Position numbers and translations under genes: made by a program. A DNA stretch of 60,703 nucleotides, counting the filler, from Barthelona sp. PAP020 (taxonomy: Eukaryota): the NCBI GenBank assembly GCA_040182905.1. It is 5 parts of 5 records of this genome, joined end to end, with 100 filler letters (N's around TTAATTAATTAA, not from the genome) between each part and the next. Parts side by side here need not be neighbours in the genome. Positions count along the whole stretch, not along the records: positions 12,185 to 24,263 come from JARQWU010000353.1; positions 24,364 to 36,416 come from JARQWU010000354.1; 3 more parts are not named here. One strand, given 5' to 3'. Positions 22,801-33,327 of the stretch are shown in pieces (positions within the stretch are counted from its first letter, which is position 1; every line of letters begins with the position of its first letter). Under the pieces are notes generated by a model. That model saw only the letters and a list, made by a program, of their open reading frames with translations. It was not told the origin of the DNA and did no database searches.

Positions 22801-24105
22801 ATGATATTGATTTGTTCAATTTTACGAAATTATTTATGTTTCATTCCATCTATTTTAATAACTACTTATTTAAATAATAAATCTTATAAAATGTTGTCAA
22901 ATTTTGGTTCTGTTCAGACGATCTACGTGTTATTTAATATTTTTCAATTTATTTTTTTGACCTCTTTGTCTGAAATTCATGATTTGAAGGATAATAAAAG
23001 TTTGAAGAAGTATATATTTTTTAAATATTTGACTTCATTAATTGCTGGTTTCTTTTCAGTTTTCATCATTTATTTCATTGTAAATCCGTTTTATTTTCGA
23101 TACATTGTGGTTGATTCAAAAACTTTGGATAGTCTTTTGATTAAAAAATGTTTATTTATTCGTGTTTGCTTTATTCCATTCACTTTCTTTTGTAATTTAT
23201 CCACGAGAGTTTTGCAATCACTCAATTCAATTTTTGCTTCTCTTGGAATTCGTTTAATGAATTGTAGTTTGGTTTTTTTTATCACTTTATATGATTTTGA
23301 CTTGACACAAATTTGTTATTTATTAGGTTTTGCCGATATTGCAACAAGTATTGTTGGTATTTTCATCGTGTTGTCCTTATTACAAACACATTCTGACGCT
23401 TCTTTGAGTTGTTCCAAAATTTTTACAGATTCAAATTTAGATTCTGTGCAAGACCCATTAAGGTTTAAATTTGCATCTGGCATTTTTTTTCGCTCATTTA
23501 TGACCCAAATTGTATATTTTGCTTTTGGAATTGTGTGCAATCAACATAATTGTATCGGGAATTTTCAAATATTGATGCAATATTGGTTATTTCCAGCACA
23601 TTTTACAGATGGAATGGGTGAAGGAATAATTACCAAAGTATCACAAAGTAGAGATGATTTACATACATTAAAGACTGAGTTCTTTTATTTTTTGAAGATT
23701 TTTTTCTTCTATTCATTATTCCTAGTCACTTTATTAAATTTTGTCACGTTTATTCTGGGATCTTTTGATATTAATTTTTATTTTCTCATTTTTTTCAGAA
23801 TTTTTTCGGTTGATGCTTATGCTTTTGAAGATTTTTTGGTCGGTCTTAAAATGTATCACAAAATCAATTTTGGTTTGTGTTTTGGCATTGTATTCTCTGC
23901 CATTTTTATTTTTTTTCAATTGTCTCTTTTCAAAAAAGATTTGTTGATAACATTATTTTATGGTTTCCTCATATCTGATTATATTAGAATGATTTTTGTT
24001 GTTTGTTTTATATATTTTGCTCTTCAAAAAAAGTCAAATTCAGATTACATTCCTTTAATTGATCCAATTTCAAATGTTGATTGTGATTTTCCCACAAAGT
24101 TGTAA
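22801..24105 (+). CDS. Polytopic membrane protein, divergent MATE (DinF-like) transporter
   Basis: Many hydrophobic segments; IFFRSFMTQ...NFQILMQYWLFPAHFTDGMG resembles DinF-type HQIxxQxWxFxxxxxDG. Confidence 0.55.
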   Translation: MILICSILRNYLCFIPSILITTYLNNKSYKMLSNFGSVQTIYVLFNIFQFIFLTSLSEIHDLKDNKSLKKYIFFKYLTSLIAGFFSVFIIYFIVNPFYFRYIVVDSKTLDSLLIKKCLFIRVCFIPFTFFCNLSTRVLQSLNSIFASLGIRLMNCSLVFFITLYDFDLTQICYLLGFADIATSIVGIFIVLSLLQTHSDASLSCSKIFTDSNLDSVQDPLRFKFASGIFFRSFMTQIVYFAFGIVCNQHNCIGNFQILMQYWLFPAHFTDGMGEGIITKVSQSRDDLHTLKTEFFYFLKIFFFYSLFLVTLLNFVTFILGSFDINFYFLIFFRIFSVDAYAFEDFLVGLKMYHKINFGLCFGIVFSAIFIFFQLSLFKKDLLITLFYGFLISDYIRMIFVVCFIYFALQKKSNSDYIPLIDPISNVDCDFPTKL

Positions 24106-24263
24106 ATAATTATTTATTTTTTTTTTTATATTAGCCAGTTTTTTTCAAGAAAAAAATTGCTTGCACTATTAAAAGATTCACTGTCACATATATTTGTTTC
24201 ATATTTTCTTTTTTCTTTTTTTTTTCTTTTTATGAGAGTATGTTTGAAGTAAAAAAAAAAAAA

Positions 24264-24363
24264 NNNNNNNNNNNNNNNNNNNNNNNNNNNNNNNNNNNNN
24301 NNNNNNNTTAATTAATTAANNNNNNNNNNNNNNNNNNNNNNNNNNNNNNNNNNNNNNNNNNNN
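24264..24363. other. Artificial 100-bp contig spacer
   Basis: N run with central TTAATTAATTAA. Confidence 0.97.
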
Positions 24364-24364
24364 T

Positions 24365-24478
24365 TACATGACTAAGACTTCAGATAAGGGTGCTCGTATG
24401 CTCACTCCTGCTGGTCGTAAATTCTGTGATCAAATTGCTGTTAAGGTTCAAAAACAAAGACCTGTTATTCCTTTCTAA
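24365..24478 (+). CDS. RPS19: 40S ribosomal protein S19 (eS19), 3' fragment
   Basis: YMTKTSDKGARMLTPAGRKFCDQIAVKVQKQRPVIPF* matches the eS19 C-terminal G-R-x-L-T-P-x-G-x-x-x-x-D-x-I-A motif. Confidence 0.75.
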   Translation, partial: YMTKTSDKGARMLTPAGRKFCDQIAVKVQKQRPVIPF

Positions 24479-24589
24479 TGTTGTTGTTTGGTTAATATCG
24501 GCAGATAAACGCGTTAAATATATTGTTTTTTTTTTAATTATAAATTTGGAAGTTTTTTATTTAGTTTGTCTGTGAATGAATTCAAATGA

Positions 24590-26332
24590 ATGATTAAAAA
24601 ACGATTAAAATCCACAAAAAAACATTATGAATCACAAATTCAACTTATTGAAAAGGTATTTAAAGAGTCTGAATATTTGAATGTGAATTTGGAAGATTTG
24701 AGAGAGTTTGAAAGCTTTTTACAAAGAACCGGCATTACATTAACACTTGATGATTCAGAAGAAGAAGAAGAAAATGGAAAAATCATTGATATGGATGGAT
24801 TGGGGCTTGAATTTATGGAATTAATTGACCCATCTTCTGTTAAAAAACAATATGATGAAGCTGAGAGACGATATCAGATGTTAACTAATGATTTAGTTGA
24901 AGTGATACAAAACAGTGCCAACAGTTTTTTGGAAAGCACAGATGAATTTTTGATTTTACAACAAGAATCTGTTCAAGTTAGTAATGAATTGACCAAATTG
25001 GCTGCAAACACTGCCCTTTCAATGAAAAATAGTGAAAAATGTTTGCAAATTATTGTTTTGATGAATAGATTGAATCAAAAGAAAAAAGTGTTTTTGATTG
25101 CCAGTGACATGTTACGTGTGCAAGAAGCTTTTAAAGTTGGATTTCAGTTGATCGATGTATCTTTACCTCAAGCAATAGAGGCATTTATATTATTGCCTGA
25201 TCTTTTGAAGAAAATTCGAAAATTGAAAGTTTATGAAAGTTTTGTTCAAAAGTTTGAAAAGTTGAAAGTGATGATTATCAATTCTTTGGAAAAGATAATG
25301 TTTACTGATATTAATTTGGTTATAAATTTAGCAAAAAAAGCAAATTTGCTGGAATTGTTTGCTATAAATAAATATTTACCGTATTTATGTGAAAAAATTT
25401 CAAATATTAACAATTTAATTGATATGCCTGATGTGTTAAACAATCATTTAATTGAATGTAGTTTCTTTATACAAAATTGTAAGACCAAATCAATTGTCGA
25501 GTCTTTTCTTGATACAATTGATGCTGAATTACTGTTGTTAATTTCACCTCAAGAATTGGCGAAATTAACAACAGAATCTTTTAATATTTGGTTCGAAAAA
25601 ATGCAGGCAAAATTTTTGGATTTTCCAAAACACTCGTGGATTTTCCAAAGTTCTTCAGTTCAAACACATTTAGTTTCATATATAACAAATAGTCAAAAGG
25701 TTTTAATCAAAAAATTGAATGAATGTATGTGGAAAGAAAAAAAAAAATATGAAGGATATCCTGTCACTGAAATATGTGATATTGTTTTGCATATAATTGA
25801 AGGTATCAAGGATCATGTAAGCATGAAAATTATGATTGGGTTATTTGAAACCCAATTGAAAATTTTTTTTGGTTGGTTGAATGAACAGTTCATTAGATTA
25901 TTGATTAAAGGTGAAGCTTCTAATATAATTGGTACTGTGAGATCATTGAACATAATTTTGGGAATGAATTCTTGGTTTGTTATTGAAGAAAAAGTTTCAC
26001 TTACTTTTACTTCTTTGAACAGTGTATTGCCAAATGAAGAGTATTCTTTTATGAATAAAGCTATTGATAAGTTAGGATCACTATTACCTTTGAGAATTAA
26101 ATATTATCTCACTGTATCAGAAGAAAATCCCAATTATTTTGATAATTTGACAGATGATTTGGAACGTCTATACAAAAATTTTAGAAATTTACCTGTTGAT
26201 TTATTAAATAAATGTTCTAATTCATCCTATACTCAAGTTTTGCAATCTTTTGCTTTGAATCAAGTACCGATGGATAATGGAGCAATTAATTTTTTGAATC
26301 GTTTGAAAGAGTTGTGTTTTTCCGATTTATAA
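24590..26332 (+). CDS. Helical tethering-complex-like protein (Vps54/Vps50-like N-terminus)
   Basis: 580-aa all-alpha ORF; N-terminal coiled coil LVEVIQNSANSFLESTDEFLILQQE...LQIIVL resembles GARP/EARP subunits. Confidence 0.45.
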   Translation: MIKKRLKSTKKHYESQIQLIEKVFKESEYLNVNLEDLREFESFLQRTGITLTLDDSEEEEENGKIIDMDGLGLEFMELIDPSSVKKQYDEAERRYQMLTNDLVEVIQNSANSFLESTDEFLILQQESVQVSNELTKLAANTALSMKNSEKCLQIIVLMNRLNQKKKVFLIASDMLRVQEAFKVGFQLIDVSLPQAIEAFILLPDLLKKIRKLKVYESFVQKFEKLKVMIINSLEKIMFTDINLVINLAKKANLLELFAINKYLPYLCEKISNINNLIDMPDVLNNHLIECSFFIQNCKTKSIVESFLDTIDAELLLLISPQELAKLTTESFNIWFEKMQAKFLDFPKHSWIFQSSSVQTHLVSYITNSQKVLIKKLNECMWKEKKKYEGYPVTEICDIVLHIIEGIKDHVSMKIMIGLFETQLKIFFGWLNEQFIRLLIKGEASNIIGTVRSLNIILGMNSWFVIEEKVSLTFTSLNSVLPNEEYSFMNKAIDKLGSLLPLRIKYYLTVSEENPNYFDNLTDDLERLYKNFRNLPVDLLNKCSNSSYTQVLQSFALNQVPMDNGAINFLNRLKELCFSDL

Positions 26333-26524
26333 AATTCAAAAAAAAAAAATTTTTTTTTTACCTGCATTTTATGGCGTTCATTTTGAAAAATTATTCATTC
26401 AATATTGATACTCCTAAATATACAAACATTTATCAAACAGACAAAGAATCCTTTTTATTCACTTTTTTTAATTGGAAAAATTACATTTCACAAAATTGCA
26501 AACAAAACAAAATAATTTATATAT

Positions 26525-27070
26525 TTACATTAAATTACAACATCCTCCTGTGTTTGAATCTGTTGAAGACATCAATTTCGTTAATAAATAATTGAAACTC
26601 TCCTCAATATTAATATCAACTTTAGCAGAAGATTCAAAAAAACCAATTTTTTTGGGATTAGCCAATTCTTCAGCCCAAGTTTTTTGAACTTTTCTGGTTT
26701 TTAAATCACATTTATTGCCCATCAAAACTATGGGAATATTTGTGGATTCTTTAACTTTTTGAATACTTTGAATAATTTCTTCAGCATGTTGAAAACTTAA
26801 CCAAGATTTAATTGAATAAACAACAACAAAACCATCACCATGTTGAATTAAACCTTCCCTAACCATGGAATCTTCAATTTGACCAGCAGAATCTAATATT
26901 TCAACATCAACATTTTCATTATCAATAACTAACGTCTTTTTAAAAGAATCATGAACTGTTGGAGTGTAAGATTCTGGAAATTCATTTAACACATAGCGCA
27001 TGGTAATGGCAGTTTTACCTACACCACCAAGACCCAAAACAACAATTTTGTAACTTTTCTTCTCGGTCAT
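26525..27070 (-). CDS. Ras-family small GTPase (Ras/Rap-like)
   Basis: GLGGVGKT, YTPTVHDSF, DSAGQ, NKCD, SAK and CaaX end CCNLM. Confidence 0.95.
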   Translation of the reverse strand: MTEKKSYKIVVLGLGGVGKTAITMRYVLNEFPESYTPTVHDSFKKTLVIDNENVDVEILDSAGQIEDSMVREGLIQHGDGFVVVYSIKSWLSFQHAEEIIQSIQKVKESTNIPIVLMGNKCDLKTRKVQKTWAEELANPKKIGFFESSAKVDINIEESFNYLLTKLMSSTDSNTGGCCNLM

Positions 27071-27256
27071 GAAAAAAAAAAAAATATGATGAGTTTAAAA
27101 AAAGGTGTTCTCAAAAACAAAGAATCATTGAAAGAAATTTCAATTGAAACATATCCAAAGAAACAAAAAGAATAATAAAGTAAATGTATAAATATCCTAT
27201 TATGAAAGCAAAAATTAAACAAACAAAACTTGAACATATTTACAATTCAATGACAT

Positions 27257-28606
27257 TCAAAAAAAGCCACAATCGTTCAACTGCGTTTTAAATTTTTGAA
27301 TAAATTCTTCACAAGAAAATCGATATACTGATGCTCTTGCATTCTTTCTTAAAGGTTCTAATTCATCATAATGATTCAAACAATATGCCATTTTTTCTGC
27401 ATATTCTTCTGCACTTGAAGCCAAAAAACCAGTATCTTGATCATTATATGTTGTTACAATGTCCACTTTAGGACCACCAGAATTATGAGCCAAACACAAT
27501 AAACCTGCAGCCATATATTCAACAACAACAATACCAAAATGTTCATTCCACATGGCATGAAGACCAATTTTTGCTTGATTTAAATATTCTAAAAGTTCAC
27601 TAAAAGAAACGTTCTTATGAAAAAATACAAACTTCTCAACACCCAATTCTTCAGTTTTATTGATACAATCCTCAACCAATTTCTTATCATCATCATTTCG
27701 AACATTGCCAAAAAAGTGTAATTCAAGACCTTGCTCTAAAAACTTTGGATTATCATGTAATAGTTTGGCAAAAGCTTCTATCTGCAAAGAATGATTCTTT
27801 TCTGGTCGATAAACAGCAATAGAAACTATAATATTTTTTCTGGGTCCATGCAATTTTCGCATTTGACGAACATCACAAGGAGGAAAAACCAAAGAAGAAC
27901 TTCCCCAAAGTTTATCAATATGAGTTTTGGTCCAAGTGGAATTAACCATAGTACAGGAACAAAAAAATGCCATAAATTGATACAAATAAGCAAAAAAACG
28001 ATAATACTTCAATTTTGCAAAAGCAAATAGTTTGTATCTGGTAATACCTCTTGAATTATTAACTGCTGGGGCGCGCGATTCCACAACGTCGATCATATCT
28101 GTAGAAATAGTCGGATAATGAACATATGATCCAACTTTTGAACCACCAAGAATTCTAAAAAAAGGAAAAGTAAAAGAATAACCTCCAGTATCAATAACAT
28201 GGGAACAAGGTACTCTTAATATACATTCTAATCCTACAATAATAGATCCTAAGGATTGTAAAAATAAGGTTAAAAAGGGATAATATTTCAACTCCAAAAA
28301 AGGTCTAGTTTTTAACCAAACAAATTCAACAGGCTCATTTAATTTAACTCCAAATACATTCTTTGCATTTTCCAAAATATTTTCGGAAGTCTCCATTCTT
28401 TTTCTACCAGAATAAATAACAACCTTAATTTTTCCTCTATACATATCTTGGATAGCTTTAATAGCAAAATATAAAACCCTTTCACCACCACCAGTGTCAT
28501 TCGCAAAAGGATGAAAGAAAGCAACTGTTAAACGTCTTCTCCTTAAGCGAGTTATGATAGATATTGTTATTATTGATATAATTATCGTTATAATACACCT
28601 TATCAT
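27257..28606 (-). CDS. ALG11: Alpha-1,2-mannosyltransferase ALG11
   Basis: N-terminal TM, AFFHPFANDTGGGERVL, YVHYPTISTDM, RPEKNH, MWNEHFGIVVVEYMAAG, HNSGGPKVDIV. Confidence 0.95.
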   Translation of the reverse strand: MIRCIITIIISIITISIITRLRRRRLTVAFFHPFANDTGGGERVLYFAIKAIQDMYRGKIKVVIYSGRKRMETSENILENAKNVFGVKLNEPVEFVWLKTRPFLELKYYPFLTLFLQSLGSIIVGLECILRVPCSHVIDTGGYSFTFPFFRILGGSKVGSYVHYPTISTDMIDVVESRAPAVNNSRGITRYKLFAFAKLKYYRFFAYLYQFMAFFCSCTMVNSTWTKTHIDKLWGSSSLVFPPCDVRQMRKLHGPRKNIIVSIAVYRPEKNHSLQIEAFAKLLHDNPKFLEQGLELHFFGNVRNDDDKKLVEDCINKTEELGVEKFVFFHKNVSFSELLEYLNQAKIGLHAMWNEHFGIVVVEYMAAGLLCLAHNSGGPKVDIVTTYNDQDTGFLASSAEEYAEKMAYCLNHYDELEPLRKNARASVYRFSCEEFIQKFKTQLNDCGFF

Positions 28607-28641
28607 TTTCACCAATTTGTTAAAATCAATTTTTTACCAAA

Positions 28642-28908
28642 ATGAAACTGGTTGAACACTTGCGAAAACTAATATCTGAAGAAGTTAAAATTGAACTGAA
28701 AGATAATAGTGTTGTTAAAGGTACAATTCTTGCAGTGAATGGTGAAATGAATATTCATCTTAAAAATGTACAAATTAAGTATCCAAATGAAAGTGGAGAT
28801 TCTGTTGATTCTTTAACTATTCGAGGCAGCAGTATTAGATACATATTTTTGCCAAATGATTTGGATCTGGATAGATTTTTAATTCCCAAGGCTGTAAAGC
28901 AAAAATAA
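28642..28908 (+). CDS. SMD1: Small nuclear ribonucleoprotein SmD1
   Basis: MKLVEHLRKL..EEVKIELKD...GTI..V...MNIHLKNV...IRGSSIRYIFLPNDLDLD. Confidence 0.88.
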   Translation: MKLVEHLRKLISEEVKIELKDNSVVKGTILAVNGEMNIHLKNVQIKYPNESGDSVDSLTIRGSSIRYIFLPNDLDLDRFLIPKAVKQK

Positions 28909-29132
28909 TGTTTTGAATACAGTATAAGTTTATTTTGAGGATATTTTTGAAAAACGAAATTGAGATGTCAATTGGTTCCTTTAATTTTAAAGTTTTTATT
29001 GATAAGTATCAAAGAAATATTATTTTTCAATTCTAATGATTAATTTTCCTTTTAAAATGAAAAATGAAGTCAAAAAGAATCATAAAATTTTATTTTGCTT
29101 TTTTTTTTGAAAGTTGTTCATGTATTTCTTTA

Positions 29133-31376
29133 ATGAGTAATAATGAACTGAAATTTTTATTATTTGAACAGTTTAATGATTGCATATTAGAACAAAAATC
29201 GAAAACAAATTATGACAATGTTTTATTGGACATGAATCCAATTTTTGAGTCAATTTTGAATAAGCAAAAAAGTGTATCTTATGAATTATTCTGTGTAAGA
29301 TTAATAAAAAAATTAGAAACAACATTATTAAATATTCGACCCAATAAAACTTTAATGTTGGGTCTTGATGGACCCTCAACATCAACAAAAATTCAAGAAC
29401 AGCATCAAAGATGTTTAGATGTGATGAAAGAAAAAGAATTTTTTAATTTTAATTGGAGGAGTCATGAATTGATAACCAGTCTCCATTTTATTCCTGGTAC
29501 TATTTTTATGGATAAAATAAGTCAATTTTTAAGATATTATTTTGCTGTTTTATTAAAAAGAGCCCAATATCCCACTTCCAAATTTTTTTACATTCGGGAT
29601 ATAAAAATATGTATTTCAGATAGTAGAGAGCCAGGAGAGGTCAAACATAAGTTTGTCACATGGATCAAAAATTATTCGGATATGAAAGAAAACACTTTGA
29701 TTTTCACTGGCAACTTCGAGTTCTTTTTATATTTGTTGCCATTAAATAACCGTGTTTCAATTTTTTTTGATGCTGAAATGATTCAGATTCAAACAAACAG
29801 TTGTGAATATGACGAAAATTTCTTAATTAATATGAGTGATTTTCGAAAGTTGTTGTTAACTTTTGCAACAAGAAGAACCATCAAAAATGTTGAAGAAAAC
29901 GGGAAAATGTGTCCCCAAGCTTTGGTTGATGATAACACTGTTTTCACCACAGTTGTTTGTTTATTAGCTTTGTGTCAAGGGGAATATTTTCCAAGAAACG
30001 AGAGATCTTGCAATTTTAACTTGAGTTCGTTATTACAAAAAATGAGCGAGATGTTTATACATTGTGATGATGAAAAATGGTCTCTCGGACTTATTTTGCC
30101 AGATTGGGGATTAAATACGCAATTTTTAAGTGCTTTGCTTGAAAAACTACAGTCGGAAGACCATAATATAGACAATGAAACAAATGACCACAAAGAACTT
30201 ATTTCAGATGAAAAAAAATGTGAAACATTCCTCAATATTCTATTGAGACTAATTTGGATGTATTTTGATGGAACGCCTATTTCTTATGTTCATCGCTATC
30301 CATATTCAACGTGTCCTTCAATAAGCAATTTAATATGTTATTTAAACACTCTTCCAAAAGTTGTTTATTTACCAAACACAACATCTTTATCAAAGTATCT
30401 CCTGCCTCCACCCCCTGAATTACTCTCTACATTGATATTTACGAGTAATATGGAAGGGATGTGTTTGAAACGAAACTATTGTTCGTATAATATTAAATCT
30501 CGCCATTTAGATCAGGAAGAAACCATTTTGCCTTCATTAATTGAACAAACTGACATTTTTTCCTCTCAAAAACAAAACTTTTCTTCTTGTATTATTATTT
30601 CTTATGTTGGAAAAAAACAAAATAAGGATAAAGCATGCATAGTTGAGCCTTTTGAAAGTTATCTTTTTGAAAACTTTAAAAAAGTTGATTTGAATGGCAT
30701 ATCAGTTGTGAGTTCAAATTATAACTTATCTGTTTCCTTAAAAGCGCTTGGAACACAAAAACAAAACATTTCTTTGGAAGAAATTGCAAAGAAAACAGAA
30801 TACATTCGATCTGCCGATCCTTGTATGTTGATGGATTTTGAACCAGATTCAGATTATAAACTAACAAAAAAATGTTCATTTTCAAAAGAACATTTGAAAT
30901 TTTTGGAAAATAATCAAAGATTTATTGCTCAAAAAGTTTGTTATAGCACAATGTTTGGTGAATATTTTCAAATTTATGAATATCATGATAGAAATTGGAA
31001 TTTCTCTTTGGAAACTTTCAATAGGAAATTATTTCAATCGATTAAATTCAGTTTAAAGAATAGAAAGAATTGGATTGAAAAACAAAAGCAAAAGATTAGC
31101 GAAAAAGAAAGAGTTTTAAGTCACATTCAAAATAACGTGGATCCTGTTGAAAAAAGCTGTATTTTCAATTCAAATATTGATAAGAGAGAGATTTTAAAAA
31201 ATATAATGTTTTTAACAGGTAAAACTGAACCAAATTTCAATAATTCCAATAAAAATTTCAAAAATCATTCAGTTAATGTTATTCCATACAAAAAAGAACC
31301 CACACTGGAATTTTTTATTGATACTCAACGAAAAATCAATGTTGACAATCATTCTTTTAAAAAAGAACCTTTTTAA
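29133..31376 (+). CDS. XRN-family 5'-3' exoribonuclease-like protein with degenerate active site
   Basis: DNVLLDMN, RPNKTLMLGLDG, KIQEQHQR, FIPGTIFM, ISDSREPGEVKHK, YVHRYPYSTCP follow XRN motif order; alternative ATG 29064. Confidence 0.8.
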   Translation: MSNNELKFLLFEQFNDCILEQKSKTNYDNVLLDMNPIFESILNKQKSVSYELFCVRLIKKLETTLLNIRPNKTLMLGLDGPSTSTKIQEQHQRCLDVMKEKEFFNFNWRSHELITSLHFIPGTIFMDKISQFLRYYFAVLLKRAQYPTSKFFYIRDIKICISDSREPGEVKHKFVTWIKNYSDMKENTLIFTGNFEFFLYLLPLNNRVSIFFDAEMIQIQTNSCEYDENFLINMSDFRKLLLTFATRRTIKNVEENGKMCPQALVDDNTVFTTVVCLLALCQGEYFPRNERSCNFNLSSLLQKMSEMFIHCDDEKWSLGLILPDWGLNTQFLSALLEKLQSEDHNIDNETNDHKELISDEKKCETFLNILLRLIWMYFDGTPISYVHRYPYSTCPSISNLICYLNTLPKVVYLPNTTSLSKYLLPPPPELLSTLIFTSNMEGMCLKRNYCSYNIKSRHLDQEETILPSLIEQTDIFSSQKQNFSSCIIISYVGKKQNKDKACIVEPFESYLFENFKKVDLNGISVVSSNYNLSVSLKALGTQKQNISLEEIAKKTEYIRSADPCMLMDFEPDSDYKLTKKCSFSKEHLKFLENNQRFIAQKVCYSTMFGEYFQIYEYHDRNWNFSLETFNRKLFQSIKFSLKNRKNWIEKQKQKISEKERVLSHIQNNVDPVEKSCIFNSNIDKREILKNIMFLTGKTEPNFNNSNKNFKNHSVNVIPYKKEPTLEFFIDTQRKINVDNHSFKKEPF

Positions 31377-31618
31377 CATAACAAAAAACCTTTCAGAAGA
31401 TTTGTTATGTTTATTTTATTTTTATATACATATTTATTGTCAATTGTTCCTTATAAATATTTTTCTCGTTATTTTTTTTTTTTGATTAAAAAGGTCAGCG
31501 CACTTTTATTATTTAAAAAAAAAATGGAAAGGTCAATAAAATTAAGACTGTTTCTTTATAATGTAACAAAAAAGAAAAATAGATTTTTACAATGTTTTAC
31601 ATCTGTCTTAAATAATTT

Positions 31619-31936
31619 TTAACTATTTGTAGTAGGTGCCGAAGATCCAGTTGGTTTCGCAGTGTCTGTATTACGAGAAGCAATTGCTGCAATTCGCATT
31701 TTTTCTAATTGTGATTCACGTGCAACAGCTTCACCATATGCAGTTGTCTTCAAAAAATGAGTTCTATCAACATTATCTTTCTCATCATTTTTTGTCCAAT
31801 CAGTAAAAGTAAGTTGTGATGATGTTTGATAAGTATCATCTGGATCATCCAAATATGTGGGATTAATTCGTTTCCACATTACTTTCGATGTATTAGCATG
31901 AAGTTCCTCTTGATTATCGGGAATGCGTGAGTCCAT
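31619..31936 (-). CDS. Small hypothetical protein (~105 aa)
   Basis: ORF with natural composition (MDSRIPDNQEELHANTSKVMWKRINP...), divergent from TFIIA; alternative ATG 31975. Confidence 0.6.
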   Translation of the reverse strand: MDSRIPDNQEELHANTSKVMWKRINPTYLDDPDDTYQTSSQLTFTDWTKNDEKDNVDRTHFLKTTAYGEAVARESQLEKMRIAAIASRNTDTAKPTGSSAPTTNS

Positions 31937-32090
31937 TGATAATAAAAAAAGCTTTTTCAAAAGTTTTTGTTTCATTGTTATATGTTGGTTTAATTGACCT
32001 GATAAAAAAAGAACAAGGATACTTCATTGCCAAAAATAAATCACAAAATACCCAAGTAACAGAAAAACTTTTTTTTTTTAAACACAACTT

Positions 32091-33085
32091 ATGTATGCCT
32101 CCCGAGATATATTCAAAACTACAACAGACCTTTATCAACAAATAATACATGAAACACTGGACAGAGCACAATGTCCTGATCCAACATATCCGAACAGAAG
32201 AGTTGAGTTTGAAAAAGTACATTTATTACTAATATTAATATCAAAATACTAACCTTATTTTAGAAAATCTTGCAAAAATTGATGGATAAGAATATTATAA
32301 ACAAAATACAGTTACAAACTCTTGATTCAATGTATCCTTCATTTCCCTCTGAATATTATCAGGCTACTGGCTATCATAAAATAATTTCACAACCGAATGT
32401 GATCCATACTCCATATTCACAGCAAATGTTTAATCCTTCATATCCTCTAACTCAGCAGCATTTTCAACAGCCTTATCGACAACAACCAAATTTTCCTGAA
32501 CAGCCCCAACCTTCTTTTTCTTCTTTACAAACATCATCAATTCCATATCATGCAAACGACACGATCATTAACTCTGCACAAAATTTCAAGATGTTTAATC
32601 AGCAACCAATTAGATCAATGCAAGGCAACACAAGTTTTAATAATGGCACATTTTCTGGATTTCCTCAACCTGCTGAATTTAAATTAACTTCTGAACTTCA
32701 ATCTGAGCACATGACACAAAATGCGCCCGTTACTCAAAATTTTGAAGACACTGAGTCCGAATCAGATTGGTCTGATGTTGAATTGGGTGCTGATGACAAA
32801 AAACAAAATTCCAATGTTGAAAAAACTGATCAATTGCTTGAAAACATGAATAGTAATGAATTGCAAAGCAGTGATGAAGATATTGATGTGGATGATTTGA
32901 TTAGAAACTCAAGTGACAAACGAAATTGTTTGTTTGGTGTTGACACATCTCTTTCAGCTAAAAGGCCCAGAAAGAATCGAGGCAATTGGACTATTGAATT
33001 AACAAATGCATTTATCAGATTAGAAGATGGTAGAGAAGCTTTTTTAAATCATGTTAAAGGTGATTTAAAATGTAACTTTTATTAA
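32091..33085 (+). CDS. TOA1: Transcription factor IIA large (alpha/beta) subunit; exons 32091-32216 and 32264-33085
   Basis: Exon 1 DLYQQIIHETLDRAQ spliced to KILQKLM (alpha helices); Q/P-rich and acidic linker; C-terminal RKNRGNWTIELTNAFIRLEDGREAFLNHVKGD resembles the TFIIA-beta barrel. Confidence 0.75.
32217..32263 (+). other. Spliceosomal intron, 47 nt, phase 0
   Basis: GTACAT...TACTAAC-CTTATTTTAG; removal joins ATG 32091 in frame with the 32270 ORF. Confidence 0.85.
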
Positions 33086-33327
33086 TTTTTCTTTTGTAAA
33101 TAATTTTAGTCAAGTTATTTTTTCAAAAATTAACCTCATTATTATCTCAAAACAATTTGGAATTGTCTTCATATTTCCAAAACAAACAATTTTAACTGTT
33201 AAAAATTTGTTCTTTAGATGAATTAAATCATCAACAATAGCAGGAAAATTATCATCTTTTACAAAATTAACAAAGAAATAGAAAGAAATATAAAAAAAAA
33301 TAGTTATGTTATATTTTTTCAACTTCT

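Noticed and set aside
26525..27070. Ras variant as a constitutively active GTPase
   Set aside because: G12, G13 and Q61 equivalents are intact; only the effector loop (YTPTVHDSF) is mildly divergent, which is common in protist paralogues.
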